From Limisphaerales bacterium (lineage in GTDB: Bacteria > Verrucomicrobiota > Verrucomicrobiia > Limisphaerales > UBA11358): DNA of 46,949 bases. Below are positions 26,060 to 34,248 of the stretch, piece after piece. The stretch's first letter is position 1; every line of letters begins with the position of its first letter. The stretch is taken from positions 1 through 46,949 of the forward strand of contig JANYCI010000020.1 of the NCBI GenBank assembly GCA_025360325.1, read 5' to 3'. The position numbers and the translations under genes were made by a program. Below the pieces are notes generated by a model. That model made no database searches and had not been told where the DNA came from. It was given only the letters and a program-made list of their open reading frames with translations.

Positions 26060-27144
26060 AGCTCCGCATTGCTATCATTGGTTGCGGCAAGATTGCCGAC
26101 CAGCACGTTCAAGCCGCGCACCGCATCGGCAACTGCGAGATCGTGGCCGTGTGCGACCGTGAGAAACTCATGGCGGAACAGCTCGCCGAGCGTTTCAAAA
26201 TCTCCGGCGTGTTCGGCGACGCAGAAGAAATGTTGAAACAGTTTTCGCCCGACGTGGTTCACATCACGACGCCGCCGCTCGGACATTTTCCGCTCGCGAA
26301 ACTTTGTCTCGAACACGGCAGTAACGTGTATCTCGAAAAGCCGTTCACTGTCACGGCGGCGGAGGCGCAGGAACTCGTCGCGCTCGCGGAGCAAAAAAAT
26401 CTGCGGCTCACGGCGGGGCATAATTATCAGTTCACTTTGGAGATGCTGGAAATGCGGCGGCTCGTCGCGTCGGGATTTCTTGGCGGTGCGGCGGTGCATC
26501 TGGAAAGTCATTGGGCTTACGATTTGAGCGATCCCACTTACGTTTCGCCGATTCTCGGCAGCAAGACGCACTGGGTTCGTCAATTGCCGGGCCAACTGTT
26601 TCACAATCTCATCAGCCACAGCACCGCGCGCCTCGCGGAATTTCTGGATGATGATGTGATGGTTTCCGCGCAAGCCCATCAGAGCGTGCGGATGAAAAAT
26701 CTTGGTGGCCAAGAAGTGCAGGACGAGTTGCGCGTGTTACTGCGCGACGGCAAAGGCACGACGGCGTTTTTATGTTTTTCTACGCAGATCAAGCCGGGTC
26801 TGAATTCGTTCCGCATCTGCGGCCCAAAAAATTCCCTGCTCGTCGAGAACGGCAGCGGCAGCCTCCTGCTGAATCGCGCTGGCTCGCACAAAAGTTATCT
26901 GACTTATTTTCTGCCGCCGTTGAAAGCGGCGCGGCAACATCTGCGAAATGCTCGCGTGAACATTGTGGATTTCCTGCGCGGACGGCTGCATCAGGATTCG
27001 GGCATGAAGGAATTGATCGAACAATTTTACGTGAGCATCCGCCAAAAAAACGCGCCGCCGATTCCGTATCGGGAAATTGTTTTGACGGCGCGCATCATGG
27101 ACGAAATTTTCGCGCAGATTAAACCGGAGGATTCGGCGACGTGA
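26056..27144 (+). CDS. Gfo/Idh/MocA-family oxidoreductase (third member, divergent from the WbpB-like pair)
   Basis: RIAIIGCGKIADQH Rossmann motif and an EKP motif. ATGA overlap with the SDR gene. Confidence 0.8.
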   Translation: MKLRIAIIGCGKIADQHVQAAHRIGNCEIVAVCDREKLMAEQLAERFKISGVFGDAEEMLKQFSPDVVHITTPPLGHFPLAKLCLEHGSNVYLEKPFTVTAAEAQELVALAEQKNLRLTAGHNYQFTLEMLEMRRLVASGFLGGAAVHLESHWAYDLSDPTYVSPILGSKTHWVRQLPGQLFHNLISHSTARLAEFLDDDVMVSAQAHQSVRMKNLGGQEVQDELRVLLRDGKGTTAFLCFSTQIKPGLNSFRICGPKNSLLVENGSGSLLLNRAGSHKSYLTYFLPPLKAARQHLRNARVNIVDFLRGRLHQDSGMKELIEQFYVSIRQKNAPPIPYREIVLTARIMDEIFAQIKPEDSAT

Positions 27145-28058
27145 AATATGCGCTCATCAGCTCCTCGCGCAATGAGGAGAAATTCATCTCGCTCACGCTG
27201 GAGTCGGTGACCAAACAGTCACAGTTGCCGGAGCACTGGATCATCGTGGACGACGGCTCGACCGACCGCACCGGCGAAATCGCTGACGAGTGGGCAAAAA
27301 AATTTTCGTGGATTCAAGTCATTCACAACGCGAAGCGCGAAGGCCGCAGTTTTGCTGCGAAGGCGACCAACGTGAATATGGCTTTCGCCAAGCTGCAAAG
27401 CGCCGGCGTTGATTTCGGTGCGGTCGCCAATCTCGATACCGACACGTCGTTCGCGCCGGATTACATGGCGTTTCTCATGCAGAAATTTGACGCCGATCCA
27501 AAGCTCGGTTGCACCGGCACGCCGTTCTTGCAGGACGGCGGCTACGATTCTTCGCGCGATAGTTTTGAGGGCGAAAATTATGTCGCCGGTCCCGTGCAAA
27601 TGTTTCGCCGCGAGGCTTTCCGCGACATCGGCGGCTACGTTGCCCACCCGGCTGGCGGTTTAGATTTTACCGCTGTGATGACGACGCGCATGAAAGGCTG
27701 GCGCGTGCGTTCGTTCCCGGATTTGCGCTATCATCATCATCGCTCGATGGGCACCGCCGAACGCAGCGAAGTCGCGTCGCTTTATACTTATGGCGAAAAA
27801 GATTATTATCTCGGCAATTCACCCATCTGGCAGATTTTTAGGATCACCTATCAACTTTTAAAAAAGCCGTATCTCATCGGCGGCGTCGCGCTGATGGCAG
27901 GTTATTTCTCTGCGTCCATCCGGCGGATAAAACGTCCGGTGTCCGATGAATTGATAAAATTTCATCGCGCCGATCAGATGCACAAACTAAAAAATATTTT
28001 CCGCTCGCTGCTGCGCCTCAAAAAGGTGGACAGCTTCCGCACGGAACAACCCGGCTAA
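27141..28058 (+). CDS. GT2-family glycosyltransferase
   Basis: The GTG start overlaps the upstream stop (GTGA). IIVDDGSTDRTGEI and an NLDTDTSF (DxD-like) motif. One C-terminal TM segment. Confidence 0.85.
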   Translation: MKYALISSSRNEEKFISLTLESVTKQSQLPEHWIIVDDGSTDRTGEIADEWAKKFSWIQVIHNAKREGRSFAAKATNVNMAFAKLQSAGVDFGAVANLDTDTSFAPDYMAFLMQKFDADPKLGCTGTPFLQDGGYDSSRDSFEGENYVAGPVQMFRREAFRDIGGYVAHPAGGLDFTAVMTTRMKGWRVRSFPDLRYHHHRSMGTAERSEVASLYTYGEKDYYLGNSPIWQIFRITYQLLKKPYLIGGVALMAGYFSASIRRIKRPVSDELIKFHRADQMHKLKNIFRSLLRLKKVDSFRTEQPG

Positions 28059-28060
28059 TA

Positions 28061-29728
28061 ATGTCTGCCCCAGATTTCAAGATCGGCCTCGCGGCTGATT
28101 TCAACACGCAAAATCTCGCCGTGCTGCTGCGGAAAAGTCCGCTCGCGTCCATCGCCTGCGAGGAAGCGCCGTTTGGCCAGCTCGCACGGCTGCTGCTCGA
28201 CGGTGGCGACGCGTTCTGGACGGAAGCTTCGGACGCAGTGGTGATCTGGTCGCAGCCGCAACTGGCCGCGCCGTCGTTCCAACGGATTCTTTTATTCGAG
28301 GAATTGCCGGTGGAAGAACTGTTGCGCGAAGTGGATCATTTCTGCGCGCTCATCAAAAAAATTCCCGCGACCGTGCGGACAATTTTCCTGCCGAGCTGGA
28401 CGATTCCGCACGGCGACCGTGGTTTGGGGCCCATGAATCTGACCAATCAGTCCGGCGCGGCGAACGCGTTGATGCGGATGAATCTCCGGCTCGCCGACCA
28501 GTTCGCCGCCGACAAACGCGTAGTGCTGCTCGACACTAACCAGTGGTTGCGCGGCGCGGGTGCAGACAATCCGAAGCTCTGGTATATGGCCAAGACACCG
28601 TTCGCGAACGCGGTGTTTGCGGAAGCGGCGGGCGACATCCTCGCAGCACTGCAAGGCATCCGTGGTCGCAGCAAAAAAGTGTTGGTGCTCGATCTCGACA
28701 ATACGCTCTGGGGCGGAATTCTTGGCGACGAGGGCTGGGAACAATTGCGGCTCGGCGGTCACGACGCGGTTGGTGAGGCGTTCGTAGATTTTCAAAAAAA
28801 TCTGAAGCGGCTCACGCGTCGCGGCGTCGTGCTCGCCATTGCCAGCAAGAACGAGGAAGCCACGGCGTTGAACGCAATTCGCAGTCACCCGGAAATGATT
28901 TTGAAACCGGAAGATTTTGCGGCGTGGAAAATCAACTGGAACGACAAGGCCGCGAACATCGCGGAGCTGATGTCGGGCTTGAACCTCGGCCTCGATTCGG
29001 CGGTGTTTCTCGATGACAGCCCGTTCGAACGTGCCCGCGTGCGCGAGGCGTTGCCGCAAGTTTTCGTTCCCGATTTGCCGGTGGATCCGCTGCTGTATCC
29101 GAGTTTTCTTGCGAAGCTCAAGTGCTTTGACAATCCGTTCATCAGCCGCGAGGATCGTGCGCGAACGACGATGTATGTCGCGGATCGCCAGCGCACGTCG
29201 CTGCAATCTTCCTTCGGCTCGCTCAACGAATGGCTCGCCGCCCTGGAGTTGCGCGTGCAAGCCGAGCCTTTGAACGCCGCGAATTTGGAACGCGCCACGC
29301 AGTTGTTCAACAAGACGAACCAGATGAATTTGACGACGCGCCGCCTGACCGCCGCTGAACTGTTGGCGTGGTCGCAGACGCCGGGAAATTTTCTTTGGAC
29401 CTTCCGCGTGGCGGACAAATACGGCGACTACGGGCTGTGCGGCATCGCGAGCCTCGCGCAAAAAAATTCTACTGGCGAACTCACGGATTTTCTCTTGAGC
29501 TGCCGCGTGATGAGCCGGGGCGTGGAGGAGACAATGCTCTGCACCGTTGCGGAAAAAGCCCGCAGCCTCGGTTGCGCGGAACTTCGCGCCGTCCATATGC
29601 CGACACCAAAAAATCTGCCGGTGGAAAAATGGTTTGCGTTGCAGCCGAAACTGAAAAAAGTTGGCGGCACGTTCACGCTGCCGTTGGCGGACGCGATTGA
29701 ATTTCCCAAGCACGTCCAGACTTTGTAG
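28061..29728 (+). CDS. FkbH-like HAD-superfamily subfamily IIIC protein with a C-terminal GNAT-like domain
   Basis: HAD motifs VLVLDLDNTLWGG (DxDxT), VLAIASKN and VFLDDSPFE. The C-terminal part contains FRVADKYGDYGLCGIASL...LLSCRVMSRGVEE. Confidence 0.85.
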   Translation: MSAPDFKIGLAADFNTQNLAVLLRKSPLASIACEEAPFGQLARLLLDGGDAFWTEASDAVVIWSQPQLAAPSFQRILLFEELPVEELLREVDHFCALIKKIPATVRTIFLPSWTIPHGDRGLGPMNLTNQSGAANALMRMNLRLADQFAADKRVVLLDTNQWLRGAGADNPKLWYMAKTPFANAVFAEAAGDILAALQGIRGRSKKVLVLDLDNTLWGGILGDEGWEQLRLGGHDAVGEAFVDFQKNLKRLTRRGVVLAIASKNEEATALNAIRSHPEMILKPEDFAAWKINWNDKAANIAELMSGLNLGLDSAVFLDDSPFERARVREALPQVFVPDLPVDPLLYPSFLAKLKCFDNPFISREDRARTTMYVADRQRTSLQSSFGSLNEWLAALELRVQAEPLNAANLERATQLFNKTNQMNLTTRRLTAAELLAWSQTPGNFLWTFRVADKYGDYGLCGIASLAQKNSTGELTDFLLSCRVMSRGVEETMLCTVAEKARSLGCAELRAVHMPTPKNLPVEKWFALQPKLKKVGGTFTLPLADAIEFPKHVQTL

Positions 29729-29737
29729 CTTTGCGCC

Positions 29738-30250
29738 GTGAATAAAAACATTTTCCGCCGCGTCACCAACCGGCTGCTGCACACGCTCGCGCGGCGGCTG
29801 CCGGGGGCGACGACGTTGCGTCCGGCCTTGCACCGGCTGCGCGGCGCGAAGATCGGTCGCGATGTTTTCATCGCGGAAGAAGTTTATTTTGAGAACGAAT
29901 ACCCGGAGGCGGTGGAAATCCAAGACGGCGCGCAGATCAGCCTGCGGGTGATTTTGCTCGCGCACACGCGCGGGCCGGGAAAACTCATCATCGGCAAGAA
30001 CGCGTATCTCGGCCCGAACGTCGTCGTCGCCACCACGTCGGGGCGCACGCTGAAAATTGGCGAGGGCGCAGTCATCGGTGCGGGCGTCATCGTCACCGCC
30101 GACGTCGCGCCGCAGATGTTTGTGCCCAGCCAGCCAGCTCGAGCTGTCGCCACGGCTACGGTGCCGCTTGCCACCGCCGAAAAAATGGAGGATTTTATTC
30201 GCGGTCTGAAGCCGCTCAAGCGCCCCACGCCGTCAGGACTCAAACCGTAG
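29738..30250 (+). CDS. Hexapeptide-repeat (LbH) acyl/acetyltransferase, WcaF/LacA-like
   Basis: GTG start. GAKIGRDVFI...IGKNAYLGPNVVV...IGEGAVIGAGVIVTADV repeats. Confidence 0.8.
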   Translation: MNKNIFRRVTNRLLHTLARRLPGATTLRPALHRLRGAKIGRDVFIAEEVYFENEYPEAVEIQDGAQISLRVILLAHTRGPGKLIIGKNAYLGPNVVVATTSGRTLKIGEGAVIGAGVIVTADVAPQMFVPSQPARAVATATVPLATAEKMEDFIRGLKPLKRPTPSGLKP

Positions 30251-30322
30251 CCCTCTGGCTCAATAGTTTTCTCGGGATGAAAGGCGAAATAAAAATTGGC
30301 TTAATCAGTTAAACACAAAAAT

Positions 30323-30997
30323 ATGCTAAATTGGTTTAAATATTTTCTGACTGTCGTTGGGGAAAAAATGCCAGCCAGTTGGCTGATACAGGTTCAGGCC
30401 TTCGTCAACTACCTCCGGCTAGGTGGCTGGCTGCGCGATCACGGATTTATTTTTCCGCAACGAGTTCGGAACCGGGAAGCAGTTTGGACGGAAGTTGCGA
30501 AACAGGTGGCCAACCGCCCGGTGCTCTATCTCGAATTTGGTGTTTTCCAAGGTGCAGCCACGCGTTTTTGGTCTAACGCCTTGAAACACCCAGACACCAT
30601 CATTCACGGCTTTGACAGTTTTGAAGGCTTGCCAGATGACGGTGGCCCTTGGAGCAAAGGACAGTTCGACGTGAAAAGCCAGATGCCCGTCATGGCCGAC
30701 CAGCGGGTGAAATTTTTCAAAGGCTGGTTTGACCAAGTTCTCCCGACTTATACAGTGCCACCGCACGAATTGCTGGTGCTGAATCTAGATGCCGACCTTT
30801 ATAGCTCGACCATCTATGTATTGCGGCAGTTGCGCCCTTGGATCAAGCCCGGCACCTTTATTTACTTTGACGAGATGAACCATTTGGAGCACGAGCCGCG
30901 CGCCCTAAAAGAATTTATGGCCGAGACCGGCCTTCGGTTTGGCCCTGTTTGCGCTGACCGCACGCTCGCGTTTGTTTTTATAAAATGCCTTCCCTAA
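30323..30997 (+). CDS. TylF/MycF-type (macrocin O-methyltransferase family) SAM-dependent methyltransferase
   Basis: LYLEFGVFQGAATRFW (SAM-binding), LNLDADLYSSTIYVL and GTFIYFDE motifs typical of TylF-family enzymes. Confidence 0.75.
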   Translation: MLNWFKYFLTVVGEKMPASWLIQVQAFVNYLRLGGWLRDHGFIFPQRVRNREAVWTEVAKQVANRPVLYLEFGVFQGAATRFWSNALKHPDTIIHGFDSFEGLPDDGGPWSKGQFDVKSQMPVMADQRVKFFKGWFDQVLPTYTVPPHELLVLNLDADLYSSTIYVLRQLRPWIKPGTFIYFDEMNHLEHEPRALKEFMAETGLRFGPVCADRTLAFVFIKCLP

Positions 30998-31035
30998 ATT
31001 TTTTGCCGGATCTGTTCATAAACCTAAAAAAATCC

Positions 31036-31353
31036 ATGACTCAAAAAATAGATTTTCAAGCCGCAATTTTCCAAGCGATTGACCGCGTGAACGAGGTCTC
31101 GCTCGATCAAAATATGCTGGCGAAAGACGCGGCCACAGTGCTGACCGGCGAGGCCGCGCAGCTTGATTCGATGGGCTTTGTAAATTTCGTCGTCGCGCTG
31201 GAAGAAAGCCTCGCGGCGCGCGGGCTGACCATCAGCATCGTCGAAGAAATGAGCGCGCGCGGTGACGCGGTTCCTTCGACGATGAACGTGGCGGCGCTGA
31301 TTGAATTTTTATCCGTTGTGGCGAAGCAAAAGGACGAAGCCGCGGCGACATGA
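31036..31353 (+). CDS. Stand-alone acyl carrier protein
   Basis: 105 aa acidic protein with AAQLDSMGFVNFVVALEE, a phosphopantetheine-attachment DS(L/M) motif; the Ser codon is TCG at 31168-31170. An alternative ATG at 30985 overlaps the methyltransferase gene. The stop overlaps the next start (ATGA). Confidence 0.7.
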   Translation: MTQKIDFQAAIFQAIDRVNEVSLDQNMLAKDAATVLTGEAAQLDSMGFVNFVVALEESLAARGLTISIVEEMSARGDAVPSTMNVAALIEFLSVVAKQKDEAAAT

Positions 31354-33008
31354 GCGAAACCTCCGCCATCATTTTGAGCGGCAACGCAGCGGCGGCGGAA
31401 AAATGCGCGCGGCTGCTGGATTTTTTTGGCGTGCCGTCGCGGGTTTTATCGGTGGCTGGTTTTTTGGAATTGCTCAAGGTTGACGGTGCAGAAAAATTCC
31501 GGGTGATCTGCCCGGCAGAAATTTTCTCACAACTGACGGATGCCTTACCCGCCGGAAAAATTCATTCCGCCTTCGTCCACGCGGCGGAAAGTTTTTCTGG
31601 CGCAAAGGCCGGGGAGACGCGCGCTGACGGTTTCAAAGTCTCCGGTCAGCTCAATGAATTTTGTGGCGTGATGGCGGGCGTGAGTTTTGGTGCCGGAAAA
31701 AATTCCCGCGCGCACCGCGTCCTGAAAATTCCGGGCGCGGAACAAATTATTTTCAACGCCGACGGCGCGAGTTTTTTGAAATGCGAAACCGCCGGCGTGC
31801 CGGTGTTTATCTCCACCACGGAGCCACTCGATCTCGCGGCGGATTTGCCGGGGCTTTTTTTTGATGTCCGCAATCATTTTGCCGAAGCGGTGCCACTCGT
31901 TTTATATGCGCGCTGGGCTTTTGCCGCAACGTGCTGGCAGCCGGCGGAGACCTGCGCGTGCCTCGTGATTGATGATCCGCTGCTGCGGCCCAATTACGGC
32001 TTCATCAATTTTGACCGCCTGCTCGCGCACATGGAGCGGGAAAATTTTTCCACGAGCATCGCGTTTATTCCCTGGAACTGGAATCGCAGTTCGCGGCGGA
32101 CGGCGCGGTTGTTCAACGAAAATTCCCGACGGCTCTCGCTCTCCGTTCACGGCTGCGATCACACTGCTGGCGAATATGGCGACGCCAGCGTGGATCGTCT
32201 CGCGTGGAAATCCCGCCTCGCGCTCGAACGCATGGCGCGGCACAAGGCGCAGACCGCCGTGGCGCACGACCGCGTGATGGTTTTTCCGCAGGGCGTTTTT
32301 TCGGCGGCGGCGATGCGGGCGCTCAAGCACAATAATTTTATCGGCACGGTCAACTCCGAGGTGTTCAGCGCGGACGCCGCGCCGCCAAAAATCACCATCG
32401 GCGATTACTGGAAGACAGCGGTGATGAACTTTGATGAGTTCCCGATTTTCACGCGCCGCTATCCGTGGGCGGGTGTGGAAAATTTTGCGTTCGACATTTT
32501 GCTCGGTAAACCGTGTCTCGTGGTCGTGCATCAAAACGACTGTTTTGATGATTGCCGCCACGTCACGGATTGCATCGCGGGCTTGAACAAACTGAACGCG
32601 CGGCTGCGCTGGACGAACCTCGCGGAAGTGGTTCGCCGCAGTTTCCGTCAGCGCGAAGTTTCGCCGGACGCAGTCGAGGTGGAGATTTTTGGCAGCGAGG
32701 CGCGTCTGGAAAATAATTTTGACGCAAAAAAAACACTCCGGGTTTTCAAGCCGGAAGCCGATGTAAGCCAGATACGCGCGGTGCGCGCGGACGGGCGCGA
32801 CCTGCCATGGCGCGCGAAAAAAAGCGGGATTGGATTTGAAATCGAATTGAATCCGGGCGAAGCGCGCACGGTGGCGGTCGAATTTGTGCCGCTGGCGGGC
32901 GAGCCGTATGCGGGGGAAAACTTCATTTATCAGGTGAAGACGTTTTGCCGGCGGCGGCTGTGTGAGGCGCGGGATAATTATCTGCGGCGGAAAAAATTCT
33001 CGGAATAA
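31350..33008 (+). CDS. Conserved-hypothetical large protein with a deacetylase/hydrolase-barrel-like central region
   Basis: 552 aa ORF with no signal peptide. The central region is LVIDDPLLRPNYGF...IAFIPWNWN...LSVHGCDHT...VFPQG. It is translationally coupled to the ACP gene. Confidence 0.55.
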   Translation: MSETSAIILSGNAAAAEKCARLLDFFGVPSRVLSVAGFLELLKVDGAEKFRVICPAEIFSQLTDALPAGKIHSAFVHAAESFSGAKAGETRADGFKVSGQLNEFCGVMAGVSFGAGKNSRAHRVLKIPGAEQIIFNADGASFLKCETAGVPVFISTTEPLDLAADLPGLFFDVRNHFAEAVPLVLYARWAFAATCWQPAETCACLVIDDPLLRPNYGFINFDRLLAHMERENFSTSIAFIPWNWNRSSRRTARLFNENSRRLSLSVHGCDHTAGEYGDASVDRLAWKSRLALERMARHKAQTAVAHDRVMVFPQGVFSAAAMRALKHNNFIGTVNSEVFSADAAPPKITIGDYWKTAVMNFDEFPIFTRRYPWAGVENFAFDILLGKPCLVVVHQNDCFDDCRHVTDCIAGLNKLNARLRWTNLAEVVRRSFRQREVSPDAVEVEIFGSEARLENNFDAKKTLRVFKPEADVSQIRAVRADGRDLPWRAKKSGIGFEIELNPGEARTVAVEFVPLAGEPYAGENFIYQVKTFCRRRLCEARDNYLRRKKFSE

Positions 33009-33009
33009 C

Positions 33010-34242
33010 ATGAGCGAAACAACGATCAATGGAACGGGCGGGCTGGCGGAACGGACGTCCGCGGTGTTGTCGAATTTCACCGCGTGGCTGGAGCGCTACG
33101 GCGAAACCTCGTGGGATCACCAATCGTTTTACGCCGGGCCGTTCGGCAGCCGTGCCAAGGGACTTTACTACCAAAACAAATTGCTCGGCACGCTGGCCGT
33201 TTCGCCGATGGTTTTTTCCGAGGCGTTTTTCCCCGTTGCGCGCCGACTGTTTCATAAACGAATCCGTCTCGCCATCGCCGACGCGCACTACGCCATGGGT
33301 TTTGCATTTCTGGCAGAAGTTTCCGGCACGGAAAAAAATCTGGAACGCGCGCGGCATTTTCTCGGCGAGCTAAAAAAATCGCGCTGCGAAAAATTTTCCG
33401 AATACGCCTGGGGCTATCCGTTCGACTGGGTCTGGCGCGGCGGCATCATCCACGCGCAGACGCCGCTCATCACCACGACGCCGTATGTTTTTGAAGCGTT
33501 CTGGCAGGTGGAAAAATTGCAGCCGCGCGACGAGTGGAAACAAATTTTAGAATCCATGGTTCGCCACGCGACGACGGACATCAAAGATTTTCCTTATCCC
33601 GGCGGCGGCATGACGTGTTCTTACACGCCGTATGACACTGGCGGCGTGGTGAACTCGGCGGCCTACCGCGCGGGAATGTTGGCGCGCGCGGCGAAGTTTT
33701 TTGGGCGCGACGACCTGTTCAAAATTATTTCCGGCAATGTAGATTTCGTGCTCGCCGCGCAGAACGCCGATGGCTCGTGGCCTTACGCGAAGGACGGCAT
33801 CCGCGATTTCGTGGATCATTTTCATACCTGTTTCGTGATGAAGGCGCTGGCGAAAGTTTATTTCGTCACCGGCGAGAAAAAAATTCTCGATGCGCTGAAA
33901 CGCGGCGTGGACTACTACCAAAAAAATCTTTTCAGCGAAGACGGAATGCCGCGTCCGTTCTCGAAGGCGCCGCGCCTCACGGTGTATAAATGCGAGCTAT
34001 ACGACTGCGCCGAGTGCATCAATCTTTGTCTGCTCTTGCGGAAGGAAATTCCCGCCCTGGAGAAAACTTTGGCGACGGTCGTTTCAGGAATTTTGCAAAA
34101 CTGGCTCAAGCCCGATGGTTCGTTCCGTTCGCGCAAACTGATTCTCGGCTGGGACAACGTGCCGATGCACCGCTGGGCGCAGTCGCAGATGTTTCGCGCG
34201 CTGGCGTTTTATCTGCGCGAGGAAAAATTGAAAAAATCCTAA
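33010..34242 (+). CDS. Hypothetical protein, probable alpha/alpha-toroid fold
   Basis: The ATG at 33010 is 1 nt after the upstream stop. The ORF-track start at 32962 overlaps the upstream gene. QNADGSWPY...FHTCFVMKAL and repeated helical segments suggest an (alpha/alpha)6-barrel, as in glycan epimerases, lyases and hydrolases. The fold call is an impression only. Confidence 0.5.
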   Translation: MSETTINGTGGLAERTSAVLSNFTAWLERYGETSWDHQSFYAGPFGSRAKGLYYQNKLLGTLAVSPMVFSEAFFPVARRLFHKRIRLAIADAHYAMGFAFLAEVSGTEKNLERARHFLGELKKSRCEKFSEYAWGYPFDWVWRGGIIHAQTPLITTTPYVFEAFWQVEKLQPRDEWKQILESMVRHATTDIKDFPYPGGGMTCSYTPYDTGGVVNSAAYRAGMLARAAKFFGRDDLFKIISGNVDFVLAAQNADGSWPYAKDGIRDFVDHFHTCFVMKALAKVYFVTGEKKILDALKRGVDYYQKNLFSEDGMPRPFSKAPRLTVYKCELYDCAECINLCLLLRKEIPALEKTLATVVSGILQNWLKPDGSFRSRKLILGWDNVPMHRWAQSQMFRALAFYLREEKLKKS

Positions 34243-34248
34243 AATCAA

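Noticed and set aside
28292-29965. Very long minus-strand ORFs: 557 aa here, and also 36019-37485, 37549-38814, 23844-25007, 31902-33080, 12960-13646, 15399-16283 and 17302-18102.
   Set aside because: Each lies antisense to a plus-strand gene with clear family motifs. Their translations are Arg/Gly/Pro/His-rich low-complexity sequence with no recognisable domains. These are the shadow ORFs expected opposite GC-rich, codon-biased genes.
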